From NCBI GenBank assembly GCA_030265395.1, contig JARFYF010000072.1, positions 3,782,179-3,846,178 on the forward strand: 64,000 nt of DNA, given 5' to 3'. Every line of letters starts with the position of its first letter. The first letter of the stretch is position 1. Source of the stretch: Rhina ancylostomus. Taxonomy: Eukaryota. Under the pieces are notes generated by a model, which worked only from the letters and a program-made list of their open reading frames with translations, was not told the origin of the DNA and did no database searches. Both the position numbers and the translations under genes were made by a program. Positions 12,717 to 26,100 of the stretch are shown piece by piece.

Positions 12717-13774
12717 TCCCTGAATGAAGAGGCAAATATGGGCCATTGTTGGGCAGGGTGGCGCTGAGCAGGGATCGGTGCTGTTTCAGATTCACATAAT
12801 TATTCTGACTGCTGGGGGCGGGAAAATATGTATAATATACACAGCTATGTTGATCATACTAATCTGGATGCCATTGTGTGGTGTGGAGTATATTTTGGGT
12901 GCGCTTCAGATGTAGTTATATCCTTTCAATGCAAAGTGATTTAAGGGTGTTGGTATTCTGAGGAAACCCGGCGTCCATGCGCAGAAAATACCGGCAATGT
13001 ACACGAAGGGTCAGTGAGTTGGTCGGAAGGCAAACGGTATGTCGGCATTTATTGCAAGCTAGTTTGCATTCAGGAATAAACACGTCTTACTGGAGTTACA
13101 CAGGGCTCTAGAGAGGTGGCACGCGGAATATAAGAACATACGAATCAGGGATATCAGTTGGCTATTTGGCCCCTTAGAGCTTTCTGTAACATTCAGTAAT
13201 ATCATGGCTGAATTTATCCTCAACTCGACATCCCCGCCTCACCGGTGACCTTTTACACCTTGCTGATTAACCATTTCATCATCACTGCCTTAAACTATTC
13301 AGACACTCTGCTTCCGCCGCCCTTTGAGGAAGAGAATTCGAAAGACACACGCCCGACGTGTACCGCCCGACTCCCTATATTCTCCAGCAGATACAAACAG
13401 CGTGTCCCGTGGCAGACGGGAACAATAACGAAACCCAGTAAGAAGAAAATAATTGATATTGAACTGAAAACAGAAACTTCTGGAAACACTCAGCTGGTCA
13501 GGCAGCTCTGCGGAGGAGAAACAGAGTTCATGTTTCAGGTCGATGACCTGCCACACTGATCGCCGGGCAGGTAGTTGGACAGAGGGATTATAAATCAGAG
13601 AGTGACAAGGTTTCCTCACCCAGCCGCTATAATCACAGATCTCATTCAGTGCTACCCAGAACTATAGGCAATCACGCCGATGACTGCAAATGGCGTTACA
13701 CATTCCAGACCGGTGTATACACTATCAGGGAGAATGTTGCAACATTTATCATTCGTACAGTAGTGGATCAAATG

Positions 13775-14420
13775 ATCATAAAAAAAAGTAGAACAGTAAA
13801 ACAGAGTCTCGGCCCTTCGGCCCACTATGTTGTAATGACCTAGATGAACCTACCCCACGATCATTCTGACCGTTCCCCCCTACTCAGCCCGCAACCCTCC
13901 GTTTTTCTCAGATCCATGTGCCTATCCAAGAGTCTTTTAGATGTTCTCATTGGATTACACACTACCACCACCAAAGTGTACCTCCGACATCTCCCCGAAG
14001 CTTTCCTCCACTCACATTAAACGGATGTCCTCTGGTATTTGGCATTATCACCCTGGGAAAAGCTGCTTGCTGTAGCTCCAACCAAACCCCTCATAAACTT
14101 TTTCACGTCCATCAAGTCGTCTCACATCCTCCGTTGCTCCAAAGAGAAAAGCTCTAACTTGCTCAATCTTTCCTCAGAGGAAATATTATCTCATCCAGCC
14201 AGCATCTTGGTAAATTGACTGTGCACCTCCTCCAAAGCTTCTAAGTCCTTCCTATAATGAGGCGACTAGAACGGAACACAATACTATAAGTGTGGTCTCA
14301 CCAGAGATTTTTAGATCTGCATCATTACCTCGCGGCACTGAATTCAATCCCCCGACTAATGATGGTCGGCACATCATGTGCCATTTTAACCACCCCATCC
14401 ACGTGCGACATTCCTGTTCT
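13775..14420 (-). mobile_element. CR1-type LINE 3' fragment
   Basis: agaacagt...ggcccttcggcccac tail and gtggtctcaccagag / gaattcaatcccccgactaat CR1 ORF2 signatures; related fragment at 15941-16210. Confidence 0.75.
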
Positions 14421-15401
14421 ATCTGTATATCAGTGAGATGACAATGCAGGGAGAAGGAAATTTTCAATCAGAACCTAGAGGAATGAATTTACTACAGGGT
14501 TAAGAAATTTCGAAGCAACGACGAAAGTATATTTTACATGAAACGCGATTGCAATCTCGCCCCATCGCCTGAGTGGACGCGGACACTCTCACAGTTAAGA
14601 GGTACCTGGATCGAGTATTGCATTGACAAGGCAGAAATGCCGACCGATCAAGTGCTGGTAAGAAAGATAAATATACTTGGATAATTAATTGTCTGCATAT
14701 ATATAATGCGCCGGCTTCCTATTTCCTGTCTCCGTGATTTGACACATACTTCTCCAATGTACCAAATATCGTTCAGGCTGTACAGTCTGTAATGGAAGTG
14801 TATTGTCAGCCAGTGGCAGCAGCACACTGTGCGATACATATAATTTGTACAATAATTGTATTCTAATTATGCGTTGAGAGTAAGTACCGATATTCTGCAA
14901 TAAAATCAATGAACCCACACTCTCACACCACACCAGAGACCGACAGGAAACGAATGAACCTCAAGGTCTCACACTTAAGAAAACACTGGCAGGTACAGAT
15001 GAAACCAGCACTTCCACAGTGCACCACAGCCTGGCAGGAATTAACTGGTGGGTAATCTCTGTCTCTCCCCGCCTGTTCCCTCTCCCATGCTTCTCTTTAC
15101 GCTTGCACGAAGTCGTGACCAATCCTGCTTAGCAACCCCTATATCTGCCCATCCCTGTCTCTTGCATTCTGTAAGATTGCTTTTTGACTGTTTGACCCTC
15201 TCCTCTTTTCTCTCCATTTGATGCAATGCAATGGTGCTGATATCATGAGTTTGTCCAGGTGACTGTAACGTAGACCTATGGTCAATTGTATCACCGTGTC
15301 ACTGATGACTTTAAAATCAGAGTATATTGAAGTATATCAGCTCAGAATGTCTGCCGGAGCTGAGGATTCCTGAGCAACGGAAGTCACATCTTCTAACTGA
15401 A

Positions 15402-15471
15402 ATGGGACATCCAATAATATGGTGGATCGAAATCAGTTATTTTTCTGTCATTTCAGTGGTTGGAATACAGG
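15402..15471 (+). pseudogene. GPCR copy 4 (subfamily B) exon 1 with dead splice donor
   Basis: MGHPIIWWIEISYFSVISVVGIQ+G followed by ATATGT, where the paralog at 18561 has GTAAGC; exon 2 not seen (gap 15841-15940). Confidence 0.7.
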
Positions 15472-16703
15472 ATATGTCTCTGTCTCAGCTGCCGTAATCA
15501 GCAATTAATACATCATTCCAATGCTCTGAAATATTTATCTCGCTACTTCTTTCCAGAGTCATTTATACAGTCCGAACATTTCAGTAATGGAATTTCCGGG
15601 GTCTATGGTATTGGTCTTTCAACGGCTGCTCTGTACTTGCTATCAGTCTGGTCAGGTACTAATACTCGATTGCTGTCTGTAAATATTCAGGGAGCGCGTG
15701 TCCGAGATAGGAGTAGGATCCGGACAATGGCATCTGTTAACTTATAAACAGCTCAGAAGTGTTTCACGTTTCGGCTTGATTTTTTGTGAATTCCCTCATT
15801 GTACATTGTTTATTAGATAGTTCATTGAGGAGTCAGTGAANNNNNNNNNNNNNNNNNNNNNNNNNNNNNNNNNNNNNNNNNNNNNNNNNNNNNNNNNNNN
15901 NNNNNNNNNNNNNNNNNNNNNNNNNNNNNNNNNNNNNNNNCTCACATTCTCCGTCGCTTCAGAGAGAACAGCGCTAATTCGCTCAACATTTCCTCAGAGG
16001 ACATGTTCTCTAATCCAAGTCGTCTGTGCACCCTCTCTAAAGCTTCCACATTCTTCCTATAATGAGGAAAAAAAACAATACTCTTAGTGTGGTCTAACCA
16101 GAGATCTGAAGATCTACAACAAACCTCGCGGCACTTGAATTCAATCCCCCGACTAAAGATGGTCCGCACAACATATGCCTTATTAACCAGCCCATCAACC
16201 TGTGTGGAAATCCGGTTGTATATGTATATCGGTGAGATGACAGTGCAGAGAGAAGGAACATTTTAATGAGAAACTAGAGCAATGGATTTACGACAGAGCT
16301 AAGAGATTTAGAAGCAAGTAAGAAAGTATATTTCACATGAAAGGCAATTGCAATCTCCACCCAATCGTCTGAATGGACGCGGATACCCTTACACTTAAGA
16401 GGTAGCTGGATCGAGTCTTGCATTGATAAGGCATAAACGGCTACCGATCTAGTGATAACAAGAAAGATAAATGTACGTGGATAATTAATTGTCTGCATAC
16501 TGTATATATGACGCGTCGGTTTCCACATTTCCTCTCTCTATGATTTGACCCATACTGCTCCAATGTACCAAACATCATTCAGGCTACACTCTCTGTAATG
16601 GAAGTGCATTTCCAGCCAGTAGCAGCAGCACACTGTTATTATTTGTACAATGATTGCATTCTAATTATGCATTGAGAGTAAATCTCGATATTCTGCAAGA
16701 CAA

Positions 16704-16976
16704 ACAATGAAACCACGTTTTCACAACGCACCAGAAACCGACAGCAAGTGAATGAACGCCACACTATCACACGGTGCCAGAGACTGACAGGTACAGAATG
16801 AACCCCACACTCTCACACGGTATGAGTGAATGACAGGTCCGGAATGAACCCCGCACTCTAACACTGTACGAGAGACCGGCATGTAGGGAATGAACCACAC
16901 AGTCTCACAGTGAACAAGAAACAGGCAAGTACAGACGAGACCACATTTCCACACTGCACCAAGGCCTGGCATGGAT
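16704..16976 (+). repeat. 46-bp minisatellite, about 6 degenerate units (about 3 units in the paralogous block at ~14905-15040)
   Basis: Unit gaatgaaccccacactctcacacggtNcNagagactgacaggtaca repeated head to tail. Confidence 0.8.
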
Positions 16977-17199
16977 TAACTGGTGGGGAATCTCCGTCTA
17001 CTGGCGTCCATTTCTCTCTCACGGTTTACTTTGTGCATGCACGCACTCATTGCCAGTCCTGCTTATCACCCCGTCCATCTGCAGTGCCCTGTTTCTCCCA
17101 AGTGTCTCTTGCCGTCTGCAAGATTGTCTTTTGACTGTTTGACCCTATCCTCTATTCTCCCCATTTTGTACGTTCTAATGTCCTTCTCCCCGATTCTAC

Positions 17200-17390
17200 C
17201 TCTCACACACCACCTACAGCGCGGTGTAACTAGAGCGACCGAGTAATTTACCAAGCCGCAGGTTGTGATGTGGGAGGAAAGCCGAGCACCCGTTGGAATC
17301 TCAAGGGGTTTCAGGGAGAACGTGCAACCTGCACAAGGACAATACCCGAGGTCAGAGTAATTCGAGGTCTTCAATGTTACACAGGCGGAC
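17200..17390 (-). mobile_element. Degenerate HE1/V-SINE-like element
   Basis: tgtgggaggaaagccgagcacccg...cagggagaacgtgcaacctgcacaagga matches the V-SINE central domain in reverse. Confidence 0.6.
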
Positions 17391-17392
17391 AT

Positions 17393-17407
17393 TGTGTGTG
17401 TGTGTGT

Positions 17408-17459
<52 letters not shown>

Positions 17460-17699
17460 CATAGTCATGAAGAGAAAAAGCATGAGAAAAGNNNNNNNNN
17501 NNNNNNNNNNNNNNNNNNNNNNNNNNNNNNNNNNNNNNNNNNNNNNNNNNNNNNNNNNNNNNNNNNNNNNNNNNNNNNNNNNNNNNNNNNNTGTGTTAGC
17601 CACAGTAGTACTCCAGAAATACATCACCTCACACTCATCAGCATTAAATTCCAATTGCAGGTTCTTGGACCAACTCACCAACGACATGTGCGTGCGTTT

Positions 17700-17772
<73 letters not shown>

Positions 17773-17880
17773 GTGCGTATGTCTGTCTGTCTGTCTGTGT
17801 GCGTATGTCTGTCTATCTGTCTGCGTGCGTGTGTCTGTCTGTCTGTGTGCATATGTCTTTGTGTGTGTTTGTGTGTCTTC
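17393..17880. repeat. (TG)n microsatellites (17393-17458, 17703-~17880) flanking a gap
   Basis: Direct dinucleotide runs decaying into (TGTC)n. Confidence 0.95.
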
Positions 17881-18490
17881 TTACGCGCGCGCAAAATTAG
17901 TAGGATTTAAATCGAATGCCAAATCAAAGTCCGTGAAAACTTAAGTGTTTGAGCTCGGGACGTGGGTTAGGCTGGGTACTGACAGCGGTGCTTTGCATCT
18001 GTTACCAGGACTCAGCGATCAGGAGGGAGCTGAAGAACTGAAGGAAGGATATGAACAATCCTAATTGGGAAACTGCGATGCAGAATGGGAGGGTGTACTG
18101 ACGTTGCTCAATACAGCACACATCCGCAGAGAAAATGGTTGCATTTACGCATGGATCATCGGGAGGGACAGGAATCGGAATAACTCTCTGAGAACCGTAA
18201 ATTAAGTTGTTTTATTTGATGTAGATTGTTGTTTGATGAGTCTCGTATGATTACATCTTTCGGTCTTATTCCCGAGAGATCTCTTGCTGCGGTAATGCAG
18301 AGGACGTTGATGTATTTTGTTGAATTCATCGCGTTATTTATACCAGATTCAATGGTGCGGACGTAATGTGTTTGTCGAAGTGACTGTAACGTAGGGCTAT
18401 GGTCAGAGATATCAGAGCATATTTGAGTACATCAGCTCAGAGTGTCTCCTGTGGATGCCGGACCCACAGGAGTCACAGCTTCTAACTGAA

Positions 18491-20704
18491 CAGGGATATA
18501 CATTTATCTGGAGGATAGAAAGCATTTATTTTCATGCCATTTCAGCGGTTGGAATTCCCGGTAAGCCTCTGTCTCAGCTGTCGTAATCAGAGTTGGTGTT
18601 TAATTCCAATGCTCTGAAATATTTACCTCGCTACGTCTTTGCACAGTCACCTGTACAGTCCGAGCATTTCAAAAATGGAATTTCCGTGTTCTATGGTCTT
18701 GGTCTTTGAACGGCTCTCCTGTATTTGCAACGAATCTGTTCGGGTATTAACATACTAGATCGTTGTTTGTAAATAATCAGGGAGAGCGTGTCCAGGACAG
18801 GAACAGGAACCGGAGCACTGGTCGCTGTTAACATATAAACAGCTCAAAAATGTTCATTCGTAGGCTGGAATTTTTGTCACATTTATGCATTCCGTCATTG
18901 TACATTGAAAATGAGATAGTTGATGGAGGAGTCAGTGAAACCCTTCAGGTATATTCAAGTAGCGTGAGTGAACAATGATTGCAGCCTATTTTCAATCCAT
19001 ACTCAATTTCTCAAATACGTTTAATGGCTATCATTGTTGTAAAACATGTCTCTGCAATTCTTGCATCAGGCACCGCTCCAAATCTCAACTGAGATGCTGG
19101 CTCTTGAAATACTCTGCTCGGCCTTGATCCTACAGGTTTAGTGTGGATCGGAATGTCTGAGAGTATCTCAGCCTGCACTGCATATATTGGGATCAGCCGT
19201 TCACTGTCAGTCTGTCACAGACAGGCAGCGGCGGGAAGTTGGNNNNNNNNNNNNNNNNNNNNNNNNNNNNNNNNNNNNNNNNNNNNNNNNNNNNNNNNNN
19301 NNNNNNNNNNNNNNNNNNNNNNNNNNNNNNNNNNNNNNNNNNTCTCAGCCTGCACTGCATATATTGGGATCAGCCGTTCACTGTCAGTCTGTCACAGACA
19401 GGCAGCGGCGGGAAGTTGGTGTTCCGTCAATGGAACAATGTCTCCACTGAGCAACCGGATATAGTCATTTTACTCACCGCGATATGTGAACGGCACAGGG
19501 AAGGATGATCCATCCCGCATTACCCACTCCGAGTGCGTTACCCATCTAGAGCTCCGCTCCATTGAACCTTCCAGTCTTTAGTGTGGAACCTTACCCAAAC
19601 TTTATCCACATCATTTAGCTCCGTCAATCCCTCTTCTGTCCGGATAGACTCTGCGTTCTCTTGCGGCCCTTTGCATGGTCCAGGAAACACTTCAATCCCC
19701 TCGATACAGCAAGAAAGCGGCAATGTCATCTGAACACCTCAAACCACTGGCTCCGCGCCTGAATTGTATTTTCCCTCCTTGCTTTTCTCTCCGTTCCAGT
19801 TAACCTAATGGCGAATGCGATCTTGTCACGAGGAAAGTGTGGTCTCTCCAAATATATAATTCTTTACCTGGTGGCAATTGCAGCGGCCGATCTCCTGGTC
19901 GTTATCTCGTAACCCCTGCTCAGGTGGACTGTTCTGATGTATTTTCCGCTATCATTCGTCCGCATCACTCCCGTGTGCAGTCTCGGTCTTTGGCTAGTTT
20001 TAGCAAGCAATGCGGTTTCTGTCCACCTTCCGGTCGCTTTCGTCTTTCAGCAATCTGTGGTCATTTGTCGTGAGTAGGTGAAAACAAAATACTGTACCGT
20101 GAGAACAGCGGCTGTGGTCGTCGGGACAGTAAGTGTTCTGAGCTTTTCAGAGAGTTTCCCCCGGTACTTTGTATACGAGCCTAGAGAAATAATTGATGTT
20201 GTTCCCTGGGACTGTTCCAGTAAACCCAGCTGCCGTGCATCCCTGCATGGGTGGCACATCAGCTGTTTCACCACAATTTAACCCCTTTTTCCCCGTTCTT
20301 TCTGATTCTGCTGCTCGATGTTCTGACGGTCAGACGGACTTTAGCGGCCAGTAGAGTCCGCAGTGGGTTCCAGGGCCACAGCAATAGGGAGAATAACAGT
20401 CACCCGGAGATGAAGAAACGAAGCAAATCAATCCATTTACTCTTCAATATAACCGGTGGTTTCATATTGCTCTGGGTAAAAATGGTGGTGTTTTCTGTCG
20501 ATCAACGAATTTCAAAGAGCTATAATTTTCAGCCACCCATCCCCGTTATATCACACTACACACAGCAAGATTGAGCAGCTTCTCTGTTCCAGTACCAACA
20601 CGTGTATTTACGCCGCGACTCAGAGAAAATTCTGAGCACAGCTGAAGAACGCGATGAAATACCCGCTGAATCGGATTATTCATTCCGTTCAATGTAAACA
20701 CTAA
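18491..20704 (+). pseudogene. GPCR copy 5 (subfamily B): exon 1 18491-18560, exon 2 19800-~20704, pseudogene
   Basis: Start codon replaced by CAG; GYTFIWRIESIYFHAISAVGIP+G|GTAAGC; acceptor ttccag|TTAACCTAATG; LSRGKCGLSK, AAADLL, KYCTVRTAA, YEPREIIDVVPWDC, TNTCIY; several stops and frameshifts, DRY lost. Confidence 0.85.
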
Positions 20705-21005
20705 AATGTGTAACCCAGCGTAATTAAATCAACCTTCTTACCCTGTGCTCCCCAAATAACAGCAAATGGAAATCAGTTTTTCAACACAAGCTCTAAAACA
20801 GTTGCTTCCAGCGGATCTGCGCTCCCCGGGTCTCCCCCTGTCAGATATATTCCCCTTGTACCACACTACTCCCACAATGTCATACCGACAAAGTTGCTCT
20901 TCTTCCCAGTTCTGACGTTAAGTCTTCAACTGAATCGCACACACTGTTTCTCCGTTTGCCGATCCTGTCTGATCTGTGGAGTCTTTCTGGTAGTTTCTAT
21001 ATTAT

Positions 21006-21008
<3 letters not shown>

Positions 21009-21038
<30 letters not shown>
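21009..21038. repeat. (CT)n microsatellite
   Basis: Direct dinucleotide run. Confidence 0.9.
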
Positions 21039-21043
<5 letters not shown>

Positions 21044-23140
21044 ACTCCCATGCTGCGCGCTTCATTTACTCACCGTGCCCATTCGCTTTGTTGATGCTGC
21101 ACTGTAATCCCCGCCCCTCTGTCTCCTTAAATTCACCTTTCCTTTCCCCTCGCGGCTGCCCAGTCTCTGTTTGTCCCCACTTTATCCACCCTCCATCGGG
21201 CGGAGGGTTTTGTTTCTGTTTCATTTTTCAGCACTTCCCATCCTCTGGTCTACTACCAATAACATGCGGAACTTGCATTCAGAGGAATACACGTTGAACC
21301 TGTTAGATGAGTAGAGAAAGAGAGAAGGCGACAGCTTGGGCGGTCAGGTAAATATGATGAACGTACGTCCACAGTCGTCCCGACGTCCGTGTGTTGGGCA
21401 CCAAAGGTGACAGGCTTGTCAACACATTGCGTAATCCAGAAACCAATCACGAAATCCCAGAATGGCTGAGGTCTGCGTCTCCTCCAAGGACAAGGGTCTC
21501 CTAATAATCCTGAAATGGGGCTCCCTCTACCGGCAGGATGAGGATGCTCTGGACCGGCCCCAACTCTGGACCGCGCCAGAGTGACTCTGCAGACACATTG
21601 CTGTGTGGGCTTTGTGCTGCTTCACCATCCCGTTATCGGACACGGCTCGACTTTACCTCTTTGTTGCACCTGTGATTGGAGATTAATCAACGCGAATAAT
21701 TCACAAAGCCCGAGGAACGGTGTTATGTGAGTAACTGTTGTCATCCCGTTACCCCCAGGGTGAACAATTTCCTCTCTCCTTTCTCTGCCTGGTCTGAGGC
21801 ATTTGTCAAACATCTTTCTCTGGTATTCTCCAGCCTCTTCGTCTGACATCCCCGTGTTACTGCCCCATCAGGAGAAGTCTGTGACATTCTGTCGGATCAG
21901 TCTTTACAATCCAGGCAGGCATGACCAGTTACTGAGGGAGACAGGAACAACGCAGTTTACTGTGACCTGCAAATCCAGATCCGTGACCCTGGCTCTGCCC
22001 GTTGTCAGTCCATTATCGGACGGAGGTGCCAGCACAAACAAAATAATATCTCTGGAGATGAGACATAACATCCTCGGATATTACTGAGCCGTAAGATAGG
22101 GCCGTGTTCGGCAGAGACAAAATCACACCAATTCCTATTTCCACACTCCAATAGGCTGGTCTTGCTGCTGGTTCCTGATGCATGCAAACCCAGGTCTCGG
22201 ACCCAAGGTTCTCTTTCATGTTCCCGTAATTCTATTCTCAGATATGTACACATTCTTGGTTATTATCTATGTGACAACTGCTTGCTTAAAAAATGCAGCA
22301 CTTCTGTTTCGTGGCATTCGTGCATCACATTCACTCTGTGGATTCTCCATCACTCACTGTCTCTTTGTGTATCAACGATGACTGATTGAAACGTGTGCGG
22401 GGGATTAACAATGAGTAGGACGGTATATCTCAAACAAATAAAGTTTCTAATTATTTTTCTGTCGTTTCATTTGTCTGTTCTCAGCGTTCTCAATCTGTGT
22501 AAAAGTGCAGCCAGCTGCCTGCAACTGGTTGTTGTACGGAGCATCACGGGCAGTTCTCAGATTGGTTTGCCCTTGCTGATATCAGGAAATACAGTAAACC
22601 TCTGTTATCTTAAATCTCAAACAATCATGTCTGTCGCTTCCGGCGGGAAATCTACCGGAAAGACAGCTTGGCTTCTGAACTAACCGCACCCAGGAAGGCC
22701 TATCCCTCATTTCTCCCACGGCACTAAACCAACTTTGTCCCATAAATCCATTTGGTACGACCAATGTGATAATTGATCGGTATCTGAAGGAGATAGTGTT
22801 TTTTTGATTAAAACTTAAAGCCATTGGGAAAGAATATGTTCAAAGAAATCAATCTTCGTGACACAGAAAGGAAGTTGCAACTTCTTCATAGAAAATCTGT
22901 CGAAACAACATAAAATTAAATTATTTGTAATATTCATTACAAATGAATGAGTTAAACATATTGCACAATGACTAAAAGTAGTTCACGGGGAGTGTTTGTT
23001 CAGTGGTTTGTGGCTGATATGACAGCGGAAGGCACTGATGAGCTTAACGTACGTTCCTGCTGGTGCATAAGGGCTCCTTGATTCAGTACGTGTGGGTAGT
23101 TGGAACGTTGTGTGCAACTGATCGATGCTTCAAGTAGAAA

Positions 23141-26100
23141 ATGCGATATCCAGCAATTCACGACATAGTCAGAATTTACTGCTCTGTATTGCTGCTGTTG
23201 GTGTTCCCGGTAAGGCACTGGAACTGAAAGCTTTTGGTATGGAGCGACTTTGACTTGCGTATCCTGTATTTGTCGTGCCTTGGTGTCCAGGTGCCTCGTC
23301 TATTTCAGTAAATGAGCATTGCAAAAAAAAACTGTACTGTTATTCCGTTTATTTTTTTAGATTATGCCACTTCAGTTTGAGTGATATTTTTGACACATTT
23401 GCCCTTATTCCTGTTGATCAATCCAAGAACATAATGTATGTTTTACTATTAATGCGACCGAATATCAGAAGTACTATAATTGCTTGTAAGCCTCAGAGTC
23501 TATGAGATTCTACATCGACATCACGTCCTGTCAAAGGCTGTCAGGGCATTCTGGCGGTGATGCGTGTCTAGTTTATCAGCTGAGTCCAGATCATTGCCGA
23601 TTTCGCTCTGTACTGTGATACCCATCTCGGGCAGTCCGAGAACTATTGTATTCATAATACCGTGAAACTTTATGAAAAGAATTGGGAGCGACGATCCTTG
23701 GCAGCACTCTATTAAACAAACCTATCGCCTGCACTTCCTGTCTCTCCATATTGATGAGGTTCTTCCTCTGCATCATCCCAAACTGAGGGAACTATAATTG
23801 TACCGTCTCTACCCAAATGCGTGTCGTATATGTGTAAAGGTGCAAAGCAATCCCCAACTTATGCTGCTTGGTACACCAAGTGCACCTTGTCCGTCACTGA
23901 AAAAAATGGTAACGTCATTTCAACACACGTTCGGATTAACGTCCAATTACGTAGCAATGTCATCGTCATTCCAAGTTAACGCTATTTTGACTGTTTCTTC
24001 TGTGTTACCGTGGTGTCTACAATTTCGAGTCCCATTTCCATCTGCCTTTGAGTGTTACATCAACAAACATGACCTCGTTTGTTGGGTCCTTTCAGATAGT
24101 TGAAAAAAACGCAACCAGGCCTATCACGATTTTATTAGTTTTCTATACAAAGGAAGACTTCTGTCTGTCAATTACCCATCTGAGTTTCTCGAATAAAGAA
24201 CAACTTTGTCCTCTAACAATATCTGTAGCTGCTTTTCCACCATTGACTCTTCGTCCTTCTCAGCGCGTCTTTCAACCTATTTATCTCAATGGAGAGGGAG
24301 GCAACTCTGTTCGATGACGTTAACCGTCCTGTTCATGAGGTGCTTCTTTTCTCGTTTCCCATTTTACCAGAGAATAAAATAATTACTGATAAAATTGAGC
24401 TAGATGGTTCGGCATTGTATTCAATTCATGGAAACCATAGAAAACTACAACACAGAAAACAGGCCATTAGGCCCTTCTAGTCTGCGCCACAACATTATTC
24501 GGCTAGTCCCATTTACCTTTCCCCAGCCTACACCCCTCCAGACCTCTCTCGTACATGTATCTATCCAATTTAATCTAAAAATTTAAGAGTGATCCTGCAT
24601 TTACCACATCAGATGGCAGCCCGTTCCACACTTCCACCACTCTGAGTGAAGAAGTTCCCTCTAATGTCCCCCCTAAATCTTTTCCCTTTAACCCTAAAGC
24701 CATGTCCTCTCGTACTTATCTCTCTTAATCTAGGTGGAAAGAGCCTACCTGCATTAACTCTGTCTATGCCCCTCATCATCTTATAAACCTCTATCATATC
24801 TCCCCTCATTCTTCTCCGCTCCAAGGAATAAAGTCCTAACATGCTCAATCTTTTCCTGTAACTCTACTCCTGAGGACCCGGCAACATTCTAATAAATCTC
24901 CTCTGCACTCATTCAATCTTGCTTACATCCTTCCTGTAGTTCGGCGACCAGAACCGCACACAATAGTCTAAATTTGGTCTCACCAATGACTTATACAACC
25001 TCACCAAAACTTTCCAACTCCTACACTCAATACGTTCCTGAACTCCCAGATTGCTTTGTTCCTCCGCACTCCTCAATGCCCTACCATTTACTGTGCATGT
25101 CCTCCATCGATTTGTCTTACCAAAATACAACACCTCACACTTGTCTGCATTAAATTCCATCTGCCATTTTCGGGACCATTTCTCTATTTGGTTCAGATTC
25201 CTCTGCAGACTTTGAAAGCCTTCCTCGCTGTCCACTACACCTCCAATCTTAGTGTCATCAGGAAACTTACTAATCCAATTTATCACATTCCTTGCATATT
25301 TTCTATGAACAAGTTCATTCCGATGATTATGTCACCTATCACACCTTCTCCGGCAAAGTTTGCTTTTCCTGTCCCGTCCAGTGCCCATTCCCAACATCAA
25401 TTGTTTCTGTCCTGTGGTTCCGCGCAGTCTGAACGCCTGCCTGTTCTCTCCATTTCACAAGGCGGAGCTGTGTGGGACTGATGGCAGATTTTCACTCCCC
25501 CACCCACACAATATGACTCGCCATCCCCGGACAGCCCTGAAAGCCAGTTTACATTTTGCGACGTCAGCGGTTTTCCCCCTCATTTCCAAATATCTCTGTC
25601 GGTGAGATGTAATACCTTGAAGAACTTTTACAAACAATTATTAAAGTGTTCCATTGGAAAGGACACCAACTAAGCTAAAGTCATTTAACGCGGTACAATT
25701 ACGTCGTAATGTGAAATTGAAACAGGTTTCCTCAATGCATGTGCCGTTCCCCACAAGTCGCCAAGCCGATTAAAAAAACAAAAGACCACGCTGCATGTCC
25801 TTAAATTACAGGCCCGTCATGCGACCCTCTATTCACTGCTTAAGCCAACCGCCTGAAGCCGCTCCTGCTTTCAGTCTCCAGCTTTCCTTCCGTCAGTTCA
25901 CGTCAGGGCGTGAAACTGGCGAGATCATGGTTATTGGTCGTTGATGGAGTGTCAGTATTATCGGCTAACCACATCCCATCTCGTCAGCACGGGCGGGCTG
26001 GTTCCCTGGCAGTGACACTAGGTAGTTGTCCGATTCAGAATATTCTCCTTATTACGTAAGTAAAATCACACTGACCAATCTGGGACAGCTCGTAAGTAAC

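Noticed and set aside
16704-16976. 46-bp repeats as a CRISPR array
   Set aside because: Head-to-tail degenerate units with no unique spacers, no cas genes, vertebrate context
17270-17944. ORFs rich in CV/HT dipeptides (also 49563-50036)
   Set aside because: Translations of (TG)n/(CA)n microsatellites, some spanning N gaps
19166-19419. 77-bp direct repeat on both sides of gap 19243-19342
   Set aside because: Identical contig ends; unmerged overlap artefact
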